This document shows positions 1 to 9,900 of a stretch of 64,000 nucleotides of DNA, piece by piece; position 1 is the first letter of the stretch; each line of letters begins with the position of its first letter. Under the pieces are notes generated by a model, which was not told the origin of the DNA, ran no database searches, and saw only the letters and a list, made by a program, of their open reading frames with translations. The DNA is from an uncultured Pseudomonadota bacterium (GTDB taxonomy: Bacteria > Pseudomonadota > Gammaproteobacteria > Steroidobacterales > Steroidobacteraceae). The stretch is from the NCBI GenBank assembly GCA_963712795.1, contig CAVQJH010000015.1:577543-641542 (forward strand), read 5' to 3'. A program made the position numbers and the translations under genes.

Positions 1-188
1 ACAACGCCTGGGGGCTCTATAACTACGACGGCAACGTGCAGGAATGGGTGCGCGGCGACAACGGGCTGCAGGCGCGCGGGGGCGACTACACCGACAGCTT
101 CTCGCTGTGCAAGCCAACCACGGCACGCGCGCAGAGCGGAGCACCCGATCCCGTCACGGGTTTCCGCGTGTTGCGGGAGATCAAGTAG
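1..188 (+). CDS. FGE-sulfatase (formylglycine-generating-enzyme-like) domain protein, C-terminal fragment; 5' end lies outside the window
   Basis: Frame-3 translation NAWGLYNYDGNVQEWVRGDNGLQARGGDYTDSFSLCKPTTARAQSGAPDPVTGFRVLREIK* ends at TAG 186-188. The tail pattern mirrors the C-terminus of the next gene (…ANAWHLMHMVGNAREWVADAW…GIRLVREIR). Confidence 0.6.
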   Translation, partial: NAWGLYNYDGNVQEWVRGDNGLQARGGDYTDSFSLCKPTTARAQSGAPDPVTGFRVLREIK

Positions 189-205
189 CATGGCGCCGCG
201 GTCGC

Positions 206-1954
206 ATGAGCGCCGACACAGCTGACCGGCTGCGCGCGCTCGCGCGAGATCATGCGGATGGCCGCTCGAGCCTCGAGACGTACCGCCGGCTGCGCGCCCA
301 ACTCCTCGACAGTCTGGTCGTGGCCGCCGATGAGGCTGAGCCCGATGCGACCCAGCCCCGGCCGGCGCCGCAGCCCGGCGAGGTGACGCAGCCGCGTGCG
401 GCGGCCCCGCGCGCCGCCGCGGAGCGCCCCGGGGCTGCGCCCGCCGGCAACGAGGCGAGGGCGGGGCGAGTCACCGGATACGTGGCCGTCGGACTCATTC
501 TCGCGCTCGCTGTCGTATTTCTCGTTTGGAGGCAGCATGCGCGCGGCCTCGCGCCGTCCGCCGCCGCCACGGCGAGCAGCGGGGCGGGCACGGGTGAGAG
601 CGACCAGACGGATCCGCTCAGGGGGCTCCTCGAGCCGCTGCTGCAGAATCCCGACTGGAGCGATTCCCGGCTGGTCGCGCTCAACCAGGCGCTGCTCGAA
701 GCCGGTCAGCCGCGACTCGACGCGGCGCGCAATACCGACTGGTTCGATGCCTTCGTGGCGAGCGTGCGCAGCCGGCTGCTGCAGCAACAGGCGCTTGCCA
801 GCGCGCCGCTCACCCCGGACAACAGTCCGCTTGCGGCGCTGGCTGTGACGCTCGGCATCGACCTCGCCGCGCCCTCCCAGCCGGCTGCGGCCGCCACGCA
901 GCCGCAGAGCGGCGCGCCAGACCATGTGCCGGCGGGCAGCGCAGAGCAGCCCGAGGCCGCTCCGGGCGCAGCCGGCGCCAAGGCAGCCCCTGCCGGCAAA
1001 TCCGAGTCCGCGAGCGCACGTGCGCAAGCTTCGGGGTCCGCAAGCACGGTGCCGGTCCGAGTGGAGCCAGTCGCTGCGCAGCCCGCCACAGCCGAGCCGG
1101 CGGCGGCGCAACCGGCCGGCTCGCAGGCTGTCAATCCGGGGTCTGCGAGCGGCCCGGCGGGGCCGCAGAATGAGGCCGCGAAGACCGCGGCACCTCACGA
1201 GTATCCCGCTTGCGCGGCCGCCTTGAGTCAGGTCCGCCGCAACTACTGCCAGGACTTCCTCGCCTCCGGCGCCGCGGCGCCGCTGCTCGCGGTGATTCCC
1301 AGCGGCTCTTTCATGATGGGCAACGGCGAGCTGGCCGCGGAGGGGCCGGTGCATCGCGTGACGCTTGCCTACGAGTTCGCCATGTCCGTGTACGAGGTCT
1401 CGCAGTCAGAGTTCCAGCTCTATTGCCGCACCACCGGCAAGGCCTGTCCGCAGCAACCGTGGACGCGTAGCGACGATCCCGTGGTCAACGTCTCCTGGCA
1501 CGATGCGCAGGACTATGCGCGGTGGCTTTCTCTGGCCACTCACCAGCGCTACCGACTGCCGACGGAAGCGGAGTGGGAGTACGCAGCTCGCGCAGGCGCT
1601 CAGGGCCTGTATCCCAGCGGCGATTCGCTCTCGCCAACCGATGCTTATTTCTCGATGGGTGCGATCCTGACCGCGCCCGCGCCACGCAGCATGCGGTTCA
1701 ATGCGAACGCCTGGCACCTGATGCACATGGTCGGCAATGCCCGCGAATGGGTCGCGGATGCGTGGAATCCGAGCTTTTCCGGGGCGCCCGCCGACGGCGG
1801 TGCGCGCACCCAGGGTGAGTCAGGCAGCAAGGTGGTGCGCGGCGGCTGTTACGCCGATCAGGCCATCAAGCTGCGACTGACCACACGCGAGCCGCTGCCG
1901 GCCGACACCCGCGACCCATGCACGGGAATTCGCCTGGTCCGTGAGATCCGCTGA
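206..1954 (+). CDS. membrane-anchored protein with C-terminal FGE-sulfatase/SUMF1-like domain (tandem paralog of the upstream gene); long Ala/Pro-rich linker
   Basis: ATG at 206 (MSADTADRLRAL…). One TM segment (GYVAVGLILALAVVFLVW). The C-terminal domain carries FGE-family hallmarks: GSFMMGN, HRVTLAYEFAMSVYEVSQSEF, WHDAQDYARWLS, YRLPTEAEWEYAARAG, GNAREWVADAW, VVRGGCY. High GC3 coding signal. Confidence 0.7.
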   Translation: MSADTADRLRALARDHADGRSSLETYRRLRAQLLDSLVVAADEAEPDATQPRPAPQPGEVTQPRAAAPRAAAERPGAAPAGNEARAGRVTGYVAVGLILALAVVFLVWRQHARGLAPSAAATASSGAGTGESDQTDPLRGLLEPLLQNPDWSDSRLVALNQALLEAGQPRLDAARNTDWFDAFVASVRSRLLQQQALASAPLTPDNSPLAALAVTLGIDLAAPSQPAAAATQPQSGAPDHVPAGSAEQPEAAPGAAGAKAAPAGKSESASARAQASGSASTVPVRVEPVAAQPATAEPAAAQPAGSQAVNPGSASGPAGPQNEAAKTAAPHEYPACAAALSQVRRNYCQDFLASGAAAPLLAVIPSGSFMMGNGELAAEGPVHRVTLAYEFAMSVYEVSQSEFQLYCRTTGKACPQQPWTRSDDPVVNVSWHDAQDYARWLSLATHQRYRLPTEAEWEYAARAGAQGLYPSGDSLSPTDAYFSMGAILTAPAPRSMRFNANAWHLMHMVGNAREWVADAWNPSFSGAPADGGARTQGESGSKVVRGGCYADQAIKLRLTTREPLPADTRDPCTGIRLVREIR

Positions 1955-2129
1955 CAGCGAAACGGCCGCCGGACTTGTCATAATCCATGGTTGCAAAGCC
2001 CAGGTGGACCCGGTAGGCTTTCTGAAGAAACGATAAAGCGACCCCGACCCCTCTGGGGGCTGGCGCGAACAAACATCAGCCGAAGACTGGCAACACCATC
2101 ACACGGATTGGTCGACGGGAGGTTTCCGC

Positions 2130-3926
2130 GTGCATTTCCGCAGGCGCTCGCACGGCTGCATCAAGCCCTTGTTCCTCGCAGCCGCGGCGTGCTCTGCCAC
2201 GAGCATCATGTCGGTCGCTGCGGCGCAGGGCGTGAGCCCTCCCGGCGGCGTACTGCCGATCACCCCGAAGAGCACCCAGCCGTCGCTGCCGAGTCCGGCG
2301 GCGCAACTGCTCATTCCGGGTATCAACGAGCGGCCGCTCGGCCTCACGGAAGGCCCTAAGATCGTCGTCAAAGCCTTTCGTCTGCAGGATGCCGTCGACC
2401 TGCCGCAGTACGGCGTGCGGGTCGCGGATGCCAACGAGATTCTCGACGATGCTGTCAGGACGGAGCCGGCGCAGGGCTACGCCATCAACCAGCTGCAGGC
2501 CATTGCCGGCCGGGTGGCCGACTACTACCACGCGAAGGGGCTGGTTCTCGCGCAGGCCTTCGTGCCGGCGCAGACCGTCAGTGACGGGACGGTGGCCGTG
2601 GCGGTGCTGGTCGGCAAACTCGAGGCCGTGAAGGTCGTAGGGAACAAGCACTATTCCACGCGCGTCCTGTTGCGGCCTTTCAAGAAGCTCGTCGGCCAAC
2701 CCGTCGACAAGGATGACGTCGAGTCGGCCCTGCTCACCGTCACCGGCTATCCCGGCATGACTGCGTTCGGCGTGCTGGCCGCGGGACGAGAGCTCGGTAC
2801 GACGGATTTGACGCTGCGCGTGCAGCGCGAGAAACCCGTGAGCCTCGACGTCTCCATGGATAATGAAGGTGTCGCAGTCTCGGGCCAGTATCGCGCTCAG
2901 GTGGGCGTGACGGTGAACGACCCGCTCGGCCTGGCCGACCAGCTGCAGCTCTCCGGCATGTATGCCTTCGATCCCTCGGACAGCAACGAGCATGGCGCCT
3001 ACGGCGGCGCGTCCTACAGTGTCCCGGTCTTCTCGCCGCGCGACTTCCTCGAGCTGTCGTACTTCACGAACGCCTATGTCGTCGGCGGCCTCGGGGCGGA
3101 CCTGCAGCTGATCAACCCGAAGGGCAAAGCCTCGGTCGGTGAGCTCGGGTACCGGCACGATTTCGCGCCGAGCCGGCTCGGCTCGGCCAGCCTCGGCGTC
3201 GCTTTCGACGTGAAGCGCGCCACCTTCTCCGCCAACAACACGGAGCTCTTCAAGGACGATCTGAGCACGGTGCATGCCGATTTCAACTGGAACCGGATCG
3301 ACACCCGCTTCCGAGGCATCAACCAGCTGCTGCTTTCCTACGAGCACGGCTTCAGGAACGTCCTCGGCTCGCTCGGCGATTACGACCCCAATCTGACGCC
3401 CCGCGCCAGCCGGTTGGACGCGACGGGGGCGTTCAACAAGGGCCTCGTCTCGTTGGAGCGCCTGCAACGGATCACCTCGAACGTCTCGCTGCTGCTGCAC
3501 GTGCAGGGCCAGGAGACGAGCGATCCCCTGGTATCGCTCGAGCAGCTGTCGCTTGCCGGACCCGACGCCGTGCGCGCGTACTCCGTCGCCGATGTCCTGG
3601 TCGACAAAGGGGGCATCGGCACCGCGGAGCTGATCGTGGGGGCGCCGGGCTTCGCGAACCGCCCGGCCTTCGGCGACCGCACCTGGGGCCAGGAGCTGCA
3701 ATTCTCGGTCTTCGTGGACTACGCGGCCGGATGGCTGAACGACTATGTCCCCGGTACCAGCGTCATTCCGCAATACGTCAACCTCGGCGGCTGGGGTGGC
3801 GCGATCCAGTTCAACGTGCCGGGGCGGGTTTTCGCCCGAATCGACGTGGCGAAACCCATGACGGCGCGGCGGCCCGGAAACGGGCGCGATCCGCAATACT
3901 TCTTCAGGTTGGGTGTGAGCCTCTAG
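2130..3926 (+). CDS. two-partner secretion outer-membrane transporter, ShlB/FhaC/HecB (TpsB) family
   Basis: Signal peptide (MHFRRRSHGCIKPLFLAAAACSATSIMSVAAAQG). POTRA-like region (PKIVVKAFRLQDAVDLPQYGV…AINQLQAIAGRVADYYHAKGLVLAQAFVPAQTVSDGTVAVAVLVGKL), followed by a beta-barrel region typical of hemolysin activation/secretion proteins. Sits immediately upstream of a TPS-domain exoprotein gene. Confidence 0.85.
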   Translation: MHFRRRSHGCIKPLFLAAAACSATSIMSVAAAQGVSPPGGVLPITPKSTQPSLPSPAAQLLIPGINERPLGLTEGPKIVVKAFRLQDAVDLPQYGVRVADANEILDDAVRTEPAQGYAINQLQAIAGRVADYYHAKGLVLAQAFVPAQTVSDGTVAVAVLVGKLEAVKVVGNKHYSTRVLLRPFKKLVGQPVDKDDVESALLTVTGYPGMTAFGVLAAGRELGTTDLTLRVQREKPVSLDVSMDNEGVAVSGQYRAQVGVTVNDPLGLADQLQLSGMYAFDPSDSNEHGAYGGASYSVPVFSPRDFLELSYFTNAYVVGGLGADLQLINPKGKASVGELGYRHDFAPSRLGSASLGVAFDVKRATFSANNTELFKDDLSTVHADFNWNRIDTRFRGINQLLLSYEHGFRNVLGSLGDYDPNLTPRASRLDATGAFNKGLVSLERLQRITSNVSLLLHVQGQETSDPLVSLEQLSLAGPDAVRAYSVADVLVDKGGIGTAELIVGAPGFANRPAFGDRTWGQELQFSVFVDYAAGWLNDYVPGTSVIPQYVNLGGWGGAIQFNVPGRVFARIDVAKPMTARRPGNGRDPQYFFRLGVSL

Positions 3927-3941
3927 CGCGAGCCCATTGCT

Positions 3942-6900
3942 ATGAACAACGATGCCATTCGCCAGTTCGTCCGCAGGGAGCTGCGGGCCGTCACCCTGGG
4001 AGTTGCGACCGCCATCGGAATCGGCGGCGGGCTCCCGGCGGCGATCGCCAACCCGATCGGCGGCGCCGTGGTGAGCGGGCAGGGGAGCATCAGCAGCCCC
4101 AACGCCACGACCACCCTGATCAACCAGCAGTCAAACCAGCTGACGCTCAACTGGTCGAGCTTCAACATCGCCAGCGGCCAGACCGTCCGCTTCGTCCAGC
4201 CCTCGAGCTCCTCCGTCGCGCTCAACAACATCCTCAGCCAGAGCCCCAGCCAGATCTTCGGCGAGCTCGACGCCAACGGCCGCGTCGTACTCATCAATCC
4301 CAACGGCATTCTCTTCGGCCGCAGCGCGCAGCTCAACGTCGGCTCGCTGATCGCCAGCTCGCTGGAGCTCAAGGAATACGATCCGGCGACCGGCCGCCTG
4401 TCGTTCCAGTCCCTCAGCGGCCATGCAGGCGTGATCGACAACGAAGGCACCATCACCGCCGCGCGGGGCGGCTCCGTGGCGCTGCTCGGCGGCACGGTGC
4501 TCAACAACGGGCTGGTCGTGGCCGATTACGGCACGGTCGCCATGGGCGCCGGGGACGTCGCGACACTCGATTTCTACGGCGGCGGGCTCCTGCGGCTGCA
4601 GGTCAGCGGCGATGCGAAGTCGAACCCCAGCGGCGCGGCGGCCGCCGTGCAAAACAGTGGCCGGATCCAGGCCAATGGCGGCCAGGTGCTGCTGACGGCG
4701 GGTGCGACGCAGGGCGTCTTTGCGTCGGCCGTGGATAACTCGGGAGTCATCCGCGCGGGCCGCATCCAGAACGTCGGCGGCGTGATCGAGCTTCTCGGCA
4801 CGGATGGGGCGGCGACCAACAGCGGGACACTCGACGCATCCGGCGCAGACGCGGCCTCGACCGGTGGCACGGTTACCGTCACGGGCAACTCCGTTTCGTT
4901 GACGGCCGCCGCCAAGATCAATGTTTCAGGCGCGGCCGGCGGCGGCAACGCTTACATCGGGGGCGGTCTGCACGGCGCGGACAGCTCGGTCCCCAATGCT
5001 TCCTCGACCTCCGTCGCTTCCGGCGCGACCGTCGATGCAGACGCAACACGTGCCGGGAATGGCGGCACCATCGCCGTGTGGTCCGACGGTACGACCACCG
5101 CGCAAGGGAGCTTTTCGGCCAATGCGGGCTCGGCGGGTGGCAACGGCGGCATGATCGAGACGTCAGGGCACGTCCTGAACGCGACCGGCGCAACCGTTCG
5201 AGCAGCCGCCCCGGCCGGAGATCCCGGGTTGTGGCTGCTGGATCCCTACAACGTCGCCATTGACCATGGCAGCGGGACATCGATCAGCGGCGGCAACAAC
5301 GGCACGAATACGACGGTATTCGACGGCGACATCAATGCGGCTCTGAAAGGCACCGGCACGGGGGACGGCACCGACGTCACCATCGAGACCAGCCAGCCGG
5401 CGGCCAGCAGCCCCACCGCGACCGGCGCGATTACTTTCGGGTCCGGGGTCGTGATCACCAACGCTGACAACGTAACCCACACGCTTACCCTGGACGCGGA
5501 CACCTCTATCGATCTGACTGCGACGACGGCTCCCAGCATCACGTCCGGCACGGGGGCTTTGAACCTCGTTTTGACTGCGAACGCCAACGGTGAGGCGCAA
5601 ACAGCGTCGACCGCCGGCGTTACGCTCGCCGGAACGATCACCGTCAATGACCTGACCGTCACGGCGTCAGGACCGATCAGTCAGACCGGAGGGACGATCA
5701 AGGCGAGCGGCAATCTCAGCGAGACGGCCGGTGGCGCGATCAGCCAGGGTGCCGCGGCGGGGATTCAGCTGACCGGGACGGCGGGGACGAATACCGCGAC
5801 GTTTACCGTCAAGGGGGGCACATTCGATGTGAACCTCGACGGCGCAGCGAACGACTTCAACGACGAGGCGACGACGATCGCGGCCAGCGGGACGGGCGCA
5901 GCGGTCCAGAATGTCGACGTCGTGGATACGAACGCGACCTTCGTGCCGCTGACACTGCCTGGGACGCTCACGAGCCTGGTGCTGAGCGACGCCAATGCGC
6001 CGATCGCGCTCGCCGCGCAGACGCTCACGGGGGTGGGCGCCGGGAACAACCTCGCCGGAGGAACGACGACGCTGGACGTCACTGCCGGTGGTGCAATCAC
6101 GCAGAGCGGCGCGCTGGTAGTGACCGGCACTACGGCGCTGAATGCAGACGCCGGGACCACACCAGCAGCCATCACACTGAGCAACGCCAGCAATACGTTC
6201 AGCGGCAATGTCGCCTTCACCGGCACGGCTGTAACCCTGCAGAGCGCCGGCGCTCTGAGCAGCTCCGGCAGCGCGAGCGGCAATCTGAGCGAAACGGCCG
6301 GCGGGACCATCAGCGAGGGCACGGCGGGGATTCAGCTCGGCGGAACGGCGGGGACGAACACAGCAACGTTCACCGTTACCGGGGGCACATTCGATGTGAA
6401 CCTGGGCAACGCGGCGAACGACTTCAACGACGAGGCGACCACGATTGCCGCAACTGGAACGGGCGCGGCGGTCGTGAACGTGAGTCTGGCGGACACGAAC
6501 GCGACCTTCGTGCCGCTGACGTTGCCCGCGTCGCTCACGAGTCTGGTGCTGAGCGATCCCAATGCGGCGATCGGGCTCGCCGCGCAGACGCTCACGGGGG
6601 TGGGCGCTGGGAACAATCTCGCCGGAGGAACGGCGACACTGGCTGTGACTGCCGGCGGCGCGATCACGCAGAGCGGCGCGCTGGCGGTGGCCGGCACCAC
6701 GACTCTGAATGCCGACGCCGGGACCGCGAACGGTGCCATCACGCTGACCAACGTCGGCAATGCCTTCAACGGCTCGATCACAGCGACCGGCGGCGTGGTG
6801 AGCCTGGCGAACACACTCTCGACGACGCTCGCCGGCGCCGACACCGCCAGCAATCTGACGCTCGATTCCGGCGGGGCGGTCACGTTCGGGACCGCAAGCA

Positions 6901-9900
6901 CGGACAGCACGATCCTTTCGGGCGCGCTCGTCGTGCAGGGGTTGAGCGGCGGGGCGGCCGGCGGGACGGTGAGCCAGGTCGGCAAACTCAGCGTCGGCAC
7001 CACGAGCAACATCGACACGGGCGCCAACGCGATCACGCTCGGCAACTCGGCCAACACCTTCGGCGGCAATGTCTCCTTCAACGGCGCCGCGGTGACGCTG
7101 GCGGCGGACGCCAACGGCCTGTCCAGCTCCGGCATTGCGAGCGGGAATTTGAGCGAGACGACCGCCGGCGACATCGCCGAAGGATCAGCGGGTATTCAGC
7201 TCACCGGGACGGCCGGGACGAACACTGCGACGTTTACCGTCAGCGGGACCACGCATAACGTCAACCTCAGCAGCGTCGCGAACAACTTCAACGACGAGGC
7301 GACCACGATCACCGCAAGCGGAGCGGGCGCGGCGGTCGGCAATATCGCGGTGACCGACCTCAACACGACATTCGTACCGCTGACCCTGCCGAAGCCGCTC
7401 GCGAGCCTGGTGTTGAACGATTCCAGTGCGCCGATCGTGCTCGCCGCAGCGACCCTCACGGGAGTGGGAGCCGGCACGAATCTCGCGGGGGGAACGACCA
7501 CGCTGGACGTCACTGCCGGTGGTGCGATCACGCAGAGCGGCGCAGTGTCGGTGACTGGTACGACGGCGCTGAATGCCAACGCCGGAACAGGCGCCATCAC
7601 ACTGAACAACGCCGCGAATGCGTTCAGCGGCAATGTCGGCTTCGCCGGTGGCGCGGTGACCCTGGCGAGCTCGGGTTCGCTGAGCACCTCCGGCATCGCG
7701 AGCGGCAATCTGAGCGAGACCGCCGGCGGCACGATCGGCGAAGGCGCGGCGGGGATTCAGCTCGGCGGAACGGCGGGGACGAACACCGCCACGTTCACCG
7801 TCACCGGGGGCACGCATGATGTGAACCTGGGCAACGCGGCTAACAACTTCAAGGGCGAGGCGACTACTGTCACGGCAACCGGTGGGGGCGCCGTCGGGAA
7901 TGTCAGTGTGGCGGACACGAACGCGGCTTTCGTGCCGCTGACCCTGGACGGGCCGCTCACGAGCCTGGTGCTGAGCGATCACAATGCGCCGATTACCCTC
8001 GGCCCCGTGGTGCTCGCCGGAGTGGGCGCCGGGACGAATCTCGCCGGAGGAACGACGACACTTGACGTCACCGCAGGCGGTGCAATCACGCAGAGCGGCG
8101 CAGTGGCGGTGACCGGCACGACGGCGCTGAATGCCGGCGGCGGCGGCGCCATCACCCTGAACGACCCCAGCAATTCCTTCAGCGGCAATGTCGCCTTCAC
8201 CGGCGGCGCGGTAGCCCTGCAGAGCGCGGGCGCTCTCAGCAGCTCCGGCACGGCGACCGGGAATCTCAGTGAGACCGCCGGTGGGACAATCAGTGAAGGC
8301 GCGGCGGGTATTCGGCTGACCGGGGCGGCAGGCGCGGATACAGCCACATTTACCGTCACCGGAGGCACACAGGACGTGAACCTCGGCAGCGCCGCGAACA
8401 ACTTCAACGATGATCCGACAATGATCGCGGCAAGCGGCGGCGCAGTGGGCAATGTCGCCGTGGCGGACACCAACGCGACCTTCGTGCCGCTGACGCTTTC
8501 CGGAACGCTTACGAGCCTGGTGCTGAGCGATCCCAATGCGCCGATCACGCTCGCCCCGGCGACCCTCACGGGAGTGGGCGCTGGGACGAATCTTGCAGGA
8601 GGAACGACGACGCTGGCCGTGACTGCCGGCGGCCCGATCACGCAGAGCGGCGCCCTGGTGGTGAGCGGCACCAGCGCGCTGATTGCCAGCAGCGGCACGG
8701 GCGACATCACGCTCAGCAACGCTGCCAATGTCTTCAACGGCGGCATCACGGTCCGCGGCAACAACGTGGCCGTGGCGAATGCGGCGGGCACGACGATCGC
8801 GGGGGCGAGCACGGCGGGCAGCCTGACGCTCGATACGGGCGGAGCGGTCGCCTTCGGCACCGTGAGCACGGACAGCACGACCGTTACGAACGGGCTCATC
8901 GTGCAGGGAGTGGGCGGCAGCGGACCCACCGGAGGACCGGTGAGCCAGGTCGGCAAGCTCGTCGTTGGAGGGACGACGTCGATCGATGCCGGCCCGAACG
9001 ACATTACGCTGTCGAACTCTGCCAATGCCCTGACGGGTGCAGTCACGTTCACCGGTGGGGCGGTGACGCTGGCGAACGCCGACGCGACGACACTTGCCGG
9101 CGCCGACAGCGCCGGCAGTCTGACGCTCGATGCCGGCGGAGCGGTCACTTTCGGGGCTGTGAGCACGGACAGCACGACGGTGGCGAACGGGCTCATCGTG
9201 CAGGGAGTGGGCGGCAGCGGCGCGGCCGGTGGGGCGGTGGGCCAGGTCGGCACCCTCGCCGTCGGCGGCACGAGCAACATCAACGCCGGTGGCAACGCGA
9301 TCACCCTCGGGAACCCGGCCAACAACTTCGGCGGCAATGTCGGCTTTGCCGGCTCGACCGTGGCCCTGGCGAGCGTCGGGCCGCTGAGCAGCTCCGGCTC
9401 GGCCAGGGGCAATCTCGCCGAGACGGCGGGCGGCACGATCGGCGAGGGCGCGGCGGGGATTCAGCTGACCGGGACGGCGGGGACGAACACCGCGACGTTT
9501 ACCGTCGCGGGAGTCACAGCCGATGTGAACCTTGGCAGCGCCGCGAACAACTTCAACGGCGAGGCGACGAGGATCGCGGCCAGCGGGGCAGGCGGCATCA
9601 TCGGGAATATCAGCGTCGCGGATACGAACACGACTTTCGTGCCGCTGACCCTGCCCGCGGCGACGCTCACGAGCCTGGTGCTGAGCGATCCCCATGCGCC
9701 GATCACGCTCGCCCCGGAGACTCTCACGGGAGTGGGCGCCGGGACGAATCTCGCCGGGGGAACGACGACGCTGGCCGTAACTGCCGGCGGGGCGATCACG
9801 CAGAGCGGCGCGCTGGTGGTGGACGGCACGAGCGCACTGAATACCACCGGCAACATCACACTGAGTAACGCCGCCAATACGTTCAACGGCGGTATTGCGC